Source of the DNA: Octopus vulgaris
Taxonomy: Eukaryota
DNA: 64,000 nt
Assembly: GCA_951406725.2 (NCBI GenBank)
Contig: OX597825.1
Location: forward strand, 59,148,001 to 59,212,000
Direction: 5' to 3'
Shown here: positions 50,110-62,526 of the stretch, piece after piece
Numbering within the stretch: position 1 is the stretch's first letter
Layout: every line of letters begins with the position of its first letter
Translations under genes and position numbers: made by a program
Notes under the pieces: generated by a model
Seen by the model: only the letters and a program-made list of their open reading frames with translations
Told to the model about the DNA's origin: nothing
Database searches by the model: none

Positions 50110-50720
50110 TTAACCCTTTAGTGATCAGATTAGCCTGTCAAATATAATATTTGTTTATTTACATTATTTTGAAATAATCAAGCTTATCTTGTAGTTTAGA
50201 GATTTTGCTGATGTGATTGTTTTATATTAGAACTAGCAGTATCGCCCGGCGTTGCTCAGGTTTGTAAGAGAAATAACTATAAAGCATTTTTAGAGAGTTA
50301 TAGCCAAAAAATAGCAAAAAAATGGAAAAAAAATGATGGTAAATTTTTTTTGAGAGTTAAAAAAGTCGAGTTGCGTCCCCATGACAGTTTGTGGTTTGTG
50401 TTTCTGATTCTCGACCCCATGTCGAATTTATCGATTCTTTTCAGAACTGGGGGAACTTTTCAAAATTTTCTCTGCGTTAGTTTTGAATTATGACATTGGG
50501 CTATGTGTGTGTCAAGTTTCATCAGAATCGGTTGAAAGCCGTGGTCAGGGTGAGGGTATAACCAAACAGACACACAGAAACACACACAGACAAACTGCCG
50601 TTTATATAGAGAGAGATGACATTGTAGAGTTGAGGTGAGATGCCGGATCTTGTTAGTTTCAACTTAAAACATATTAAATATTTTGGTTGGATATGGCTGG
50701 TTTAAATGCTCAAGAGTTAG
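50110..50720 (+). mobile_element. M1 MITE interrupted by a Helitron
   Basis: TTAACCCTTTAG at the start. The family sequence TTAGAA|TGACATTGTAG is split exactly at 50232/50617. Confidence 0.8.
50233..50616 (-). mobile_element. Non-autonomous Helitron (384 bp)
   Basis: Minus strand starts TC(TCTCTCTATATAAA) and ends CCTGAGCAACGCCGGGCGATACTG-CTAG with a GC-rich subterminal hairpin. Inserted between A and T with no TSD. Confidence 0.88.
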
Positions 50721-51249
50721 TAATAGGAACAAACAATGGGAGTATGCAAATGAAGAGGAGAACAGTAATTTTTAAGGATGTGATGAAATGTGCAAGACTT
50801 TCTGGTGCCAAGCCGGACCAAAGTACTTTTGATAAAAGGATCCAAAAGCATGATGACGGAGAAATGAGACATCAGTGTTTCCATCCAAACAGGATGTTAA
50901 GAGTTTCAATTGAGAACTGAAACTGAGGTTTATTGAAGACATAAGCCAAGTATTGAGGGACAAAGCAGAAAAGAGGAACACTAAGAAAATGAAGTATCTT
51001 GTACAAGGGCATGGTTAAATACATGTAATAGGATGTAAGCAATAGGGGACACTTGTGATGCGAATCAAATATCAGATTTTCCATGGCAAATAAATATTTT
51101 CCGAAATATAAATACATGTTTAAGAACATATAATATTGGTGTGGAATGCGTTGAATGTATGAGGTATAGAACCTGAATCATATACATATATGTATGTGTG
51201 TCTATGTGTGCATCGGTGTGTGTGTATGCATACATATACACACAATACA

Positions 51250-51406
51250 CAGGCATGGCTGTGTGGTAAGTAGATTGCTTCCCAGCCACAAGGTTCCAGG
51301 TTCAGTACCACTGTATGACACCTTGAGCAAGTGTCTTCTACTATAGCCTCAGGCTGAACAATGACTTGTGAGTGGATTTGGTAGACAGAAACTGAAAGAA
51401 GCCTGT

Positions 51407-51469
<63 letters not shown>

Positions 51470-51600
51470 TGTTTGTCTCCCAACCATCGCTTGACAACCG
51501 ATGTTGGTGTGTTTACATCTCCGTAACTTAGCGGTTTGGCAAAGAATAAGTCCTGGGGTCAATTTCTGCAACTAAAAACCCTTTAAGGCAGTGCTCCAAT
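51250..51600 (+). mobile_element. SINE family C
   Basis: CAGGCATGGCTGTGTGGTAAG...internal (TA)n...GGCAGTGCTCCA. Confidence 0.88.
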
Positions 51601-51811
51601 ACAGTGTTAAGCATTCATTCTCATTCTTTGATATTTGTGTGCACAAACACATACACACATACATACACACAGAAGAGAGATATATGAATAGATACATATA
51701 TATACACACATACATATGGACATAGCTGTGTGGTCACAACTCTACCAAAAACTAATAGAAGATTAGAATAAGTGAATCAAGCTTTCCTAGTATCTGATAA
51801 ATACCATAATG

Positions 51812-51853
<42 letters not shown>

Positions 51854-52444
51854 GTGGAATTTGGACTTAGAGCATAAAGGCAGACAAAATGCTACTAAGC
51901 ATTTTGTCCAGTGTGCTATACAAAGCCAGCAATGCAATTTTGAAGGACAGAGGTCAATTGAGTACATAGATCCCAATACTATAGTGATAATTATTCTATC
52001 AACTCTGGATAAGGTGAAAAACCAAGCTGACCACAGTGGAATTTGAACTCAAAATGTAATGAGCTGAAATAAATACCATGTGGCATTTTGTCTGGTACTT
52101 TAATGATTCAGCCAAATAATGATGACAACAACAGACTCCAGTTCTGTAACAAACAAAGGGCCAAGAAATCTGTCTGGTACTATGGTAGTACCAGACAACT
52201 ACTACAGCCAGCAAAATATCAAAATCAATACCACAAATTCCAAGATCAATAACAGAAAGATAACGGAGTACAGAACCCTTCAAAAGTTATCTAGTACTGA
52301 TGTTGTGTGTGTGTATATACATACACACACAGTACTTCAAAAAAGTCAGAAAAGCAGAAATAATCAATTAACTGCGCATAAAATCAAGTTAACAATTTTC
52401 TAAGATTCAAAAATAATCTCAGTGCTCATTTCCTCACCCCACTC

Positions 52445-52662
52445 CAACCACCACTGCTACCACTACTACTATCACTACTACTACTACTACTACCACCACC
52501 ACCACCACCACCACCACCACAACTACCACCACCACCACCACCACTACTACTACTACCACCACCACCACCACTACTACTACCACCACCACCACTACCACTA
52601 GTAGTAGTAGTAGCAGTAGTAGTAGTAGTAATAGTAGTAGTAGCAGTAGTAGTAGCAGTAGT
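52445..52662. repeat. (CAC/TAC)n tract switching to (TAG/CAG)n
   Basis: Polarity switch at ACTAGT near 52597-52602. Confidence 0.9.
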
Positions 52663-53500
52663 CCAGCACTTTTGTTTATTCTTACTGTTCCAAAATGAAT
52701 TTTGAAGTATTGGCAATTTGAAATCAGTTTCTAGTAGTATGCACATCACTAATTATATATTTATATACATATACTTCATAAGTAAATATATTCGGTTGTG
52801 TGTATATGAATACACACACAGTCATATATTAGTCTGCATAAATGTGTGTGTGCAAATGAATGTATGTATATGCATGTATGTGATAGTACATATGTACATA
52901 TGCATGTGCACATGTATACAAATACGTGTACACATGTGAGTATGTGTGCGTGTGTGTGTTCAGTTAAGATCACTTAGGCTCTAAAGTGACTGCTTCCATT
53001 CTTGGAGAGGATGTTAGTTATTGCTCTTTGTTTTCAAGAATATCAATTATACGAAAGAACTTCAGAAATGGTCTAATTTGATTTGAAAAACATTATTGTC
53101 GATGGAACATATCTCTAAGTACCTGAATTCCGCAAGACTCTAGCTACGCTGGTGTAAGTGTGTTTTAGTAAGGTTTTCTATATGTGCGCACATACACACA
53201 CACACATACACGCACACACATTTTCGCTGTCATATAAACTATGACAGGCAACTTGACAGTTTCGAAATAAATGTGCATAAGAAACCACAAAATTATCAGC
53301 AACAATTTTACATCTGCTCTCTGCACCCTCCAAGCTAATGTGGATTAGACAAGACTTGTTGAGGCAGCATTCTACAGTAGATGCCATTTCTGATAATGAC
53401 CCTTAAATGTTTTCAAATAAAGTGCTTTATGCCAAAAATCTGGATGAGTCACAGAGCTGCTGGATTTAATGATTGCATAGCAGTTTATAATAATACTCTT

Positions 53501-53729
53501 TTAACTCTTTAGCATTCAATTTGGCTATGTCCAGCCAAAATTTTCAAGCTGTTTTATGTTCAAAATGGTCAGATCAGGCCTCTCGCACCAACCCTACATT
53601 ATCATACTAAAAATTAACTATTACCTCATACAAACTCTTAAAGTTACAAAATAATGCATGATTAGTTCAAAGCAATGTGAATAAATAAACATTACATTTG
53701 ACAGAGTAATTTGAATGCTGGAGGGTTAA
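53501..53729 (-). mobile_element. piggyBac-type MITE family M1, intact
   Basis: TTAA-CTCTTTAGCATTCAA ... TTGAATGCTGGAGGG-TTAA. Confidence 0.87.
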
Positions 53730-54330
53730 ATAAAGTTTCAAAGGAGTATGTGTGTGTGTGTGAATTGAAATGGCTTATCTGATAATTTTTCATTTATTGA
53801 CAACTAATTTATAAAAAGAAATTAAAGTGGAAAGATTATCAGAAAAGCCATTTCAACTCATTTCTTCAAATATATAATACTGTACCAAGAACTTTATATT
53901 TCTAATTCTAATATACACACACACACTCACACATACACACACAAGTGAGTGGACAAATGAAAGAAAGGACACTCAACACATTTATTGAGAGTTACATATA
54001 TTGTTCAAAACAGTTTGATTCAGACTCTGTACTACTTTAAGTTCCAAGCCTCCCAACAATGGGGGGAGGGGGGGGGGGCTTCGGATTTCCACTGGCCTCA
54101 GGAAAAGCTCCTGTTACGGGTTTTGAAATGTAAAGCAGCACAGAATCTGAAGCAAACTGTTTTGAACAATATATATATAGATATATATATATATAAGAGA
54201 TAATGATCTCATTGAGACCCAAAGGTGTCAGGTAATACTGAATAAGTGCTATAGACAGACCATAGTTAAGTTCCAGATTTGGTAATATTGCGAATAAAGA
54301 GTTCAACATTGGTTCTATGTCAGAGTGGGT

Positions 54331-54484
54331 ATATAAGAATTTTTTGCGTAATAAGATAAAAAGACCAAGGCTGTGTAGATATTAGAGCATTTATAGATAG
54401 AAGACCTGTAAGACCTATCTATAAATGCTCTAATATCTACACAGCCTTGGGTTTTTTATCTTATTACGCAAAACATTCTTATAT
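54331..54484. repeat. Long inverted repeat with 70-bp arms and a 14-nt loop
   Basis: 54331-54400 versus 54415-54484, 67 of 70 positions complementary. Confidence 0.95.
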
Positions 54485-54500
54485 ATATATATACATACAT

Positions 54501-54648
54501 GGCGTTAGGAAGGGCATCCAGCCGTAGAAACACTGCCAGATCTGACTGGGCCTGACGAAGCCTTCCAGCTTCACAGACCCCAGTTGACCCGTCCAACCCA
54601 TGCTAGCATGGAAAGCGGACGCTAAACGATGATGATGATGATGATGAT
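54501..54648 (+). mobile_element. Family E 3' fragment
   Basis: GGCGTTAGGAAGGGCATCCAGCCGTAGAAAC...GCTAAAC(GAT)n. Confidence 0.88.
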
Positions 54649-54655
54649 ACATACA

Positions 54656-55515
54656 CAGGGTATAATATGTAAATTGTTGCCATTTTATATTTTCAATTTC
54701 ATGCATGTGCATTGTTTGTTTTTGAGTTTGTCAACTACAAAGTATAATGTATATGTATTTGGGTATCATCTGTGAGAAAAACAGCACCTTGATGCAATTC
54801 ACTCTGCCAGAAATTTGGAAACATCATGCTGTATTGCTTGGCATTCACACCGGAAGCTCCAATACGAACATTTCAGAATGTTTGGGCATCAATCTGAGGA
54901 CATGTAGAAGTCAAACATCCAGTCAACATCATTGTGTTTGGAGTGATCACTAGTGATGGCGATGTTATGGCTTTATTCATCTTTCCACACAGCTCAGATT
55001 CAATATGGAAGCCTACATCAAGTGCCTGGAGGAGATAGTGCTGCTCTAGGTCAAGAAGGTGGTTGCTGGAAGACCCTATGTCTGGCAACAGGACTCTGCA
55101 CCATGCCACACAAGCATGAGATCCCAGTCATGGCTGTCAGGCAATTTCTACAACCATATCACCCCTAACATCTGGCCACCTAATTCCCCAGACTGCAACC
55201 CCCTTGATTATTATGTGTGGGGCTCAGTTGAGCAAGAGACCAACAAAACTCCTTGTAACACCAAAGATGAAATGAAAGCAAGGATCATGGCAGCATTCAC
55301 CAACTTGAACAAGGAGATCGTCAAGAAGAGTTACAGGAGATTCCAAAGTCGTCTGGAGGCTGTGGTTGATGCCAAAGGCAATTTTATTGAATAATTACTC
55401 TTAAGTATTTTAAGATATTTTTATGTAATTTTGGTCAATATATCTGTTAAAATGAGATGTCAGTGTTATTTTCATTTTTGCGTAATTTAGACAACAATTT
55501 ATTCACCGCATCCTG
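54656..55515 (+). mobile_element. Internally deleted Tc1/mariner element of the DD37D (maT) family, pseudogenised transposase
   Basis: ORF 55059-55394 has WQQDSAPCH...WPPNSPDCNPLDYYVWG, with 37 residues between the second and third catalytic Asp. Upstream KHPVNIIVFGVITSDG carries a frameshift and a stop. Degenerate TIRs CAGGGT...TAAATTGTTG and CAACAATTTA...ATCCTG-TA. Confidence 0.9.
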
Positions 55516-57000
55516 TATATATGTATACACACAAACATACATACATACATACATACACACACACCTTTATATATATTTGTGTGTAAATCTCTATTCTTAG
55601 ATTAGTTATACCACTTCTCTGCATGCCATATGAGACAACTAAACAGTTTGATGACAGGAAGGGCAGTCAATTTTAAAATCCTGCTTCAGAATAGTCATCC
55701 AATCTACACCAGCAAAGAAAAACAAATGATGATGATGATGATTTATAGTGGATGTATGTATTTATAAATGTGTGTGTGTGTGTGTTTGAGTGTGTAATAG
55801 GATATAAAGACAAAAGGAAACTTTTCTCCTAAACCAATCAATGAGAGATAGACAGAAGGGCGGTTGAGGAGAGAGAGTAAGAACGAGATCTCTTTCAGTA
55901 ACGATTCTAAAAATGATACAAATATCATTCATCATCATTTTTACAGAGATATTTTCTATGTAAGCATGGGTTAGATGAGTGTTCTCTAGCACAGCATCTT
56001 GCTACTTGTTGCATGCAGCCTTTTGTCTCCTTCATGAATTTCAATCTCCTGAGATCGGCTTTTACTATTTATCATATAAATATGTATGAATGCACATATC
56101 TGCACTCATTTCATATACTCTTGGCTCTCTTTTGCACACATATGCATGCACAAGTAAGCAAAGGATCAGTCCAGAGTTAAAATATGATTGCTCCCTAGAG
56201 GGAGCTGCAGTTATCTTATTCATACAGTTGATCAGAAAGAGTAAAGAGACAGCCAGCCAGCCAGCAAATAATTATGTCTGGTTTGCTGATACAAAAGAGA
56301 AAAACAAGCAAAACTAACCTAAGCATGAGTGAATCGTTAATAAAAATTAAGACAAAGAAAGAAAAAAAAAAAGAATGTTAAGAAAAAAAAAATCAATAAG
56401 GATTCCATGATAAAAGGAAGGAAGGAACAGGGCAGAATCTCAGAGGGGCACAAGTAAGTAACAAGATCAGATACAGGAATGAGATCAATAATTTTTTTTC
56501 TTCTTTCCAAAAAGCAAAGAATGGAGTGCAAAGAAATCAATAGGAATTTCTGTAATATGAGATAGAAAGCCTACCAAATTTATAGTCGTGGTGCAGTGTA
56601 ATGGTGCCAAATGGACTGTTAACAGTCTAAGAGTAACAAAAGTGGAATGAATAGAGAACTTAACAAAATTATTGTGATACAAATACAGGAATAAAATGAT
56701 TTTTTTTTTTCTATAGTTAATGTCTCTTTCTTAAGTCAAACTTACTTTAGCATGGGACTCTGCAGAATTTAATGAAATAATTATGATAAAATTGCATGAA
56801 TTAAATGAAATAAAAATTGTTCCATAGATGTCTCTTAAATCAGCAATTCCCAAATTGTTTTCTGGCATGAAACTATACAATTTTCCAAAATATTGCAGAA
56901 CCCATCCCAGTCTTTTACAGACAACTCACACCATTCCTTATTTTACCAAGACAGACAATCTAAATTGTCTCAGATAGAGAATTTATTTATTTATTTAAAG

Positions 57001-57039
<39 letters not shown>

Positions 57040-57182
57040 GAGTGAGAGAGAGAGAGGAGAGAGAAAAACATATAAGATATTTTGAAAAACGTGAAAATTA
57101 TTATTCAAGTTTTATAAAAAGACACCTTGTATTACTGAACTTCAAGAAATTGTTTCACAAAACCCATTTGTGAAATGGTGCC

Positions 57183-57415
57183 TTAACCATAAGCCATTTA
57201 GATTCTACCATCAAATGTAATGCTTATTCATACACATTGTTTTGAATTAATCATGCATTATCTCATAGATTTTGAGATTTCAATGATGTGATTGTTTATT
57301 TTTACAATGACATTGTAGGGTAGGTGTGAGAGACCAGATCTGGCCATACTGTTTGAACATACAACAGGTAGAATATTTGGAATAGATATGGCTGGTTTAA
57401 ATGCTAAAGGGTTAA
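57183..57415 (+). mobile_element. piggyBac-type MITE family M1
   Basis: TTAACCATAAG ... AAATGCTAAAGGGTTAA. Confidence 0.85.
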
Positions 57416-57664
57416 CCCAATTTGAAGGTCCACTCCCAAAATTCGCCTGAGAATAGGAATGTTGTAAAGTGCTTACATCTAATTTAAAACCTTCCAGTTA
57501 AAATTTTATGTAAAAATGTTTTCAGTTAACCATTTTATTACCATATTCCTGTTGAAATACACAGCTTTATTTCAATTAATTTTGAAAATAATCAAGAATT
57601 TTGTTAAAATAACTGAAATTAATTCCCAGATGCTCAGAGTGTCACCATTCTGGGAAGTAACCAT

Positions 57665-57925
57665 TGGTCATGGCAGAGGTCTTGAGAGGATTTTTTCTCC
57701 TCTGAGAGAGGAGTCATGGGAGAGGTCAAACAGTCATAATAGTGGTCAAAGAATGGTCATGAGGGAGAGTCAGTGATCATAGGAGATATCAAACAATGGC
57801 CACTGAGGGAGGTTAAACAACAATCATAGCAAAGGTCAAATAATGGCCACTGGGGTAGGTTGAACTATAGTTATAGAAGTCAAAGCAACAGTTAGTGAGA
57901 TAGGTCAAATAATTTTCATTGGAGC
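57665..57925. repeat. Degenerate ~22-24 bp minisatellite
   Basis: About 10 units resembling AGGTCAAACAATGGTCATNGGAG. Confidence 0.65.
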
Positions 57926-58265
57926 CACCCCCAACTCTGTTCTTACTTTGTCTTAGTATTTATTTCAATTTAGTATAGAGTTGGCATGATGTTGCATTAA
58001 TGCAACTCAAATATTGTTCTACTACACAAATCACACCATTTATCCCTGTTACCTAGATCCAGAAGATCATGATTCCATCCACAAGTAAGTAGGTGGTACA
58101 AGGTGGAATCTGAACTTAAATCTCAAAGAACCAAAAGAGACACTGTAAGGTATCTCATTTAATGCTACAATGTTTCTGCCAATCCTCCACTCCGGACTGC
58201 TACTTTAGCAAGCTTGAAAGAGCAAGGACAAAAGATAAGGTCGTTCTTGGCAGAATTTGTACCCT

Positions 58266-58662
58266 GGCGCCAAGTTGGCAGAAACATTAGCACGCCGGGC
58301 GAAATGCTTTGCAGTTTTTCGTCTGCTGTTACGGAGGTCGACTTTGCCTTTCATCCTTTCAGGGTCGATAAATTAAGTACCAGTTATGCACTGGGGTCGA
58401 TGTAATCGACTTAATCCCTTTGTCTGTCCTTGTTTGTCCCCTCTATGTTTAGCCCCTTGTGGGCAATAAAGAAATAGGTATTTCGTCTGCTGTTACGTTC
58501 AGAGTTCAAATTCTGCCAAGGTTGACTTTGCACTTCATCCTTTCGGGGTCGATAAATTAAGTACCAGTTACGCACTGGGGTTGATGTAATCAACTTAATC
58601 CATTTGTCTGTCCTTGTTTATCCCCTCTATGTTTAGCCCCTTGTGGACAATAAAGAAATAAG
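58266..58662 (+). mobile_element. Tandem dimer of SINE family D
   Basis: Unit 1 is 58266-58477. Headless unit 2 is 58478-58662. Imperfect TSD AGAATTTG(T/A)AC at 58252 and 58661. Confidence 0.9.
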
Positions 58663-59464
58663 AATTTGAACTTTGCACACTGAGAACTAAAACAAAGGCA
58701 TTCCATTTGAAGTTCTGGTAACTTCTGCAATATGTTGCTCAACTGATAAACAACTCAGAAACGAAAGAAAAAAAGATCACATAACATATAAGAAATGTAT
58801 TCTTCTAGAGTTCTTTGACCAATTTATAAGGCGGAGATTTAAGAGAATTGAGCCAAACAATAATTCTAAAAATGGTAAACCAATAGAAATGGATCAGTAA
58901 CTATTATGTCATCATTGCTGAAATATTAATATTAAATAATAACAAATGATGATGACAGCATTAGCAGTGTCTGTATTGGATAAAAAAAAATCCTTGAAGC
59001 TCTGCAGATGAAATCTAAAATGCTGTAGTAAAACAGACTGCTAAGTGCAATACCTAGTTACCAATTCTATTATATTTAATGGACTGGAGAAGTGGATATA
59101 AAATTCAATAAGATATAATACTGACAGCTGGATATATTCTTTATGTTTCTTGGACAGTAAAAGATGCAAATCTTCAAACTGTACGCTGCCAAACCAAACT
59201 GACAGAACATCAAGACAAAACTTTTATTATATTATTCATTTTGTGTGATGCAGCTTTTTCTTCCTCTCAGAACTATATTCAACTTTTCAATTACAAAAAA
59301 TATTTTATTTGTGTCTATGGCACACAAATCACATATACTTACAACATATACTCAAAAATATTAAAACATTAGGAATTTGTATATAAATGACAGCTGAAGT
59401 CAGGGTGGTCATAATTGGAATGTGTTTGATCAAAGGTTGGAGAGTTGCCTTGGAGTACACAATT

Positions 59465-59755
59465 ATGAAGGCATATGGCTTTGTTAGGCTGCTGGACTCA
59501 TGAGTGTAAGATTGTGGTTTCAGTTTCTGGATCAGGCGATGTGTTGTGTTCTTGAGCAAACCACTTCACTTCATGTTGCTCCAGTCCACTCAGCTGTAGA
59601 AATGAGTATCACAAGGGGAGGCACATTGCTTAGGGTGTTGGATTCACAACTCTAAGATTGTGGTTTTGATCTCTGGACTTGGTGATCCATTGTGTTCTTG
59701 AGCAAAACACTTCATTTCACATTCCTCCAGTCCACTCAGCTGTAGAAATGAGTAG
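59465..59755 (+). mobile_element. Two tandem head-B SINE 5' halves
   Basis: AAGATTGTGGTTT...TGTGTTCTTGAGCAAA.CACTTCA.TTCA...CTCCAGTCCACTCAGCTGTAGAAATGAGTA occurs twice. Confidence 0.8.
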
Positions 59756-60556
59756 CCAGGAGAGGGATAGGCTCTGCTAGGCTTTCTTGCCCTAGATATG
59801 CCCCATAGCTGCAATGCTCCAACAACCCCAAAGGGATTAAGGGACTTGTCAGTTGTCAGCGCATTAACAACAAAAACAGCAATAACAGAATTTGAATCAA
59901 TAAACAAGCTTCAATATGGTCACTCAACCAGCTAGAAATAACAGCCAAATTTTACTCACTTGATTCACACTACCACCAGATTAATAATATAGAAAAAAGA
60001 AAAAAAAAAATGGAAGGAGATATTTGATAATTTAGTTATAAATATATAGTTTGCCTGAATAAGAGACAGGATGGCTTCTAGTTGGGCATTAGATCATATA
60101 CAGGTTTGCTTTATCAGAACTGACATGAAATAAAATAAAATACAACTAAAAAACCATGACCACAACGCAAAGTTCCCACAGAGCAACAAAAGAGAGAGAG
60201 AAAGAAAGGAAAAGAAAGAAGGAATATAATACTGTATAAACAACAGTATAAATACAAGACCAAAATGATAAACAAAACACCACACACATTCATACATAGT
60301 GTGGAACAATAATACAGTAAACACTATCAGATGACTAATATATAAGTCCTCAACACACTTCAAAATAAACAATACAACAGTAATACTCTCTTTCTAAGTA
60401 GGTTGTTTAGAAGTAATGTTTCTATACACATACATACACACACATAAGCTAGTGCTTTTCTGCCATGGAAGGAAGGCAATGTACTTTCATTTCACCAAAA
60501 TGGAGATGGCACACAAAATGGAAAGAACTGTATTTTTCTTTTAGTATCTTTGGTAT

Positions 60557-60976
60557 TTAACTCTTTAGCATTCAGATTACTCTGACAAATGTAATGCTTA
60601 TTATTTATTCACCTGGCAGTGAGATGGCAGAATCGTTAGCATGCCGGGCGAAATGCTTAGCGTTCTGAGTTCAAATTCCGCCACGGTCGACTTTGCCTTT
60701 CATCCTTTTGGGGTCAATTAAATAAGTACCAGTTACACACAGGGGGCAATATAATCGACTTAATCCCTTTGTCTATCCTTGTTTGTCCCCCTCTATGTTT
60801 AGACCCCTGTGGGCAATAAAGAGATAAATTAATCATGCATAATCTCATTGATATGATTGTTTATTTTTAGAATGACATTGTAGGTTAGACGAGAGAGGAT
60901 GGATCTAACCATTTTGTATACAAAACAGGTAGGATATTTGGATCAAATATGGTTGATTTCCATGCTAAAGGGTTAA
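60557..60976 (+). mobile_element. M1 MITE with a nested family D SINE (60613-60827)
   Basis: TTAACTCTTTAGCATTCAG ... ATGCTAAAGGGTTAA, with the family D body in the middle. Confidence 0.85.
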
Positions 60977-62333
60977 ATTATATAGCCAATATTCGTTAAG
61001 GAGAAGGCAATGAGCTGGCAGAAATGTTGGCATGCCAGAGAGAGAAAAAGAATGTTCTAGGATTAATGGTTCCACAAATTGATATATCATTGTGACTATT
61101 TTCATTGCTGTTTCAATGTCTACTTTTTCGGCTTGCATAGGTTGGATGAAATTTACTGAAGAGAATATTTTTTTTTCTATAGCCAGAGCTATAGTAGAAG
61201 ACATGCAGTGCGACGCAACCTGGAACGATGTGGTTGTAAAGCAAACTCCTTACCTAAGTACATATGTACAGGCAAATGTGCTTAAGAAGTTCACTTCCCA
61301 ACCACATGATCATGGTTTCAATCCCATTGATTGGTGGTAAAATTAAAGGCTCCTTCTGTTGTAACGCTAAAAGGGCAGACATTAACTTTACAGGGGATGC
61401 AGTATTTGATAAAACAAAGTAGAGCTGTAACCAAGCCCTTTTGAAGGCTTTTCCGGTTCATGTCTGAGATGATCGGGGGTGAGAGTGGTTGGGGAAAAGA
61501 TGATCTGTTCCAAATGTGGGTAACAGAATGAAAACCTTACAACACATTCCGAAAGACCAGATGGTGAAAATGGTGATGTTTAAAACTTCAGCAGGGACGA
61601 AGTAGCAACATGCCAAAAGCATGTTATTGCCTGTTCTGTACTAGTCTGAGAGTCAATAACCTCAAAAAAAATTTTTAAAGCTAAATTATATATTTTGAAA
61701 TATAATTAATTCATGTGTTCAAGTGTATGCATTTAAGTATTTATTTATTCCTTTATTTATTTATTATTTTTTTTCTTTCATCATACACTATAGAGTGTGT
61801 TTCTGGGATTGCATTTACAGCAAGTTAGCCATCCAGAACTAATCTCTATTTAATAATAGTTGATATAGATGTATATGTGTTGTTTGGTTGGTTTGTTTTG
61901 TTGGTTGACTGACTGATTGATTTCTGTGGTCACACTTTACATCATATATAGAGGCGACAGAGTAAGAGACAGAGAGAGTGAGTGAGTGAGTTAGCATAAG
62001 AGGAGCAGGGTGAGTGCACATATAATGTTTGATGGCAGAAAATGAGAAAAGGAATGCTACTCACAAACACACGAGAGGAGGGGGGAAGAGAAGGAGTAAA
62101 TGACTGAACAGTTATGGGAGGGAAGTTATACAAATGAGAAGTTTGTTATATTTAATTACATTTTAAGGTAATAAATATTTCAGCTTGAAAATTAATATTC
62201 ATTTCACCATTTTGTATATATAAGCATCAAGAAATTTGATGTTAAAATTTATAATTAAAAATTATAATTATTATATTGTTAAAAATTATAATTATTATAT
62301 TGCATGCTATAATTCTTGATATTACTCATAATT

Positions 62334-62526
62334 CTAGATGTGATTGGTGAAGATCTCTAGAGGCTCAACATCACCTTGGAGGATGCAGAGAGGCTGGCAT
62401 AGGAAAGCCAGTGATGGAGAGCACTTGTAGATTTGGTCGGCTCTATGCATGATGATGTCTCTGAGACCACTAACCTGGGATAACCCCATCCTTATCGAGC
62501 AAGAGCACAAAGCAAGCAAGCAAGTA
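62334..62526 (+). pseudogene. RTE-clade LINE 3' end (ORF C-terminus, 3' UTR and CAAG tail)
   Basis: LDVIGEDL*RLNITLEDAERLA*ESQ*WRALVD matches the RTE terminal pattern W.D.I..DL......A...A.DR..WR..V. Ends in (CAAG)n. Confidence 0.75.

Noticed and set aside
56841-57180. hAT/Charlie-like MITE ends (also 62737-62880)
   Set aside because: The TIRs are heavily diverged and the 8-bp TSD is not convincing.
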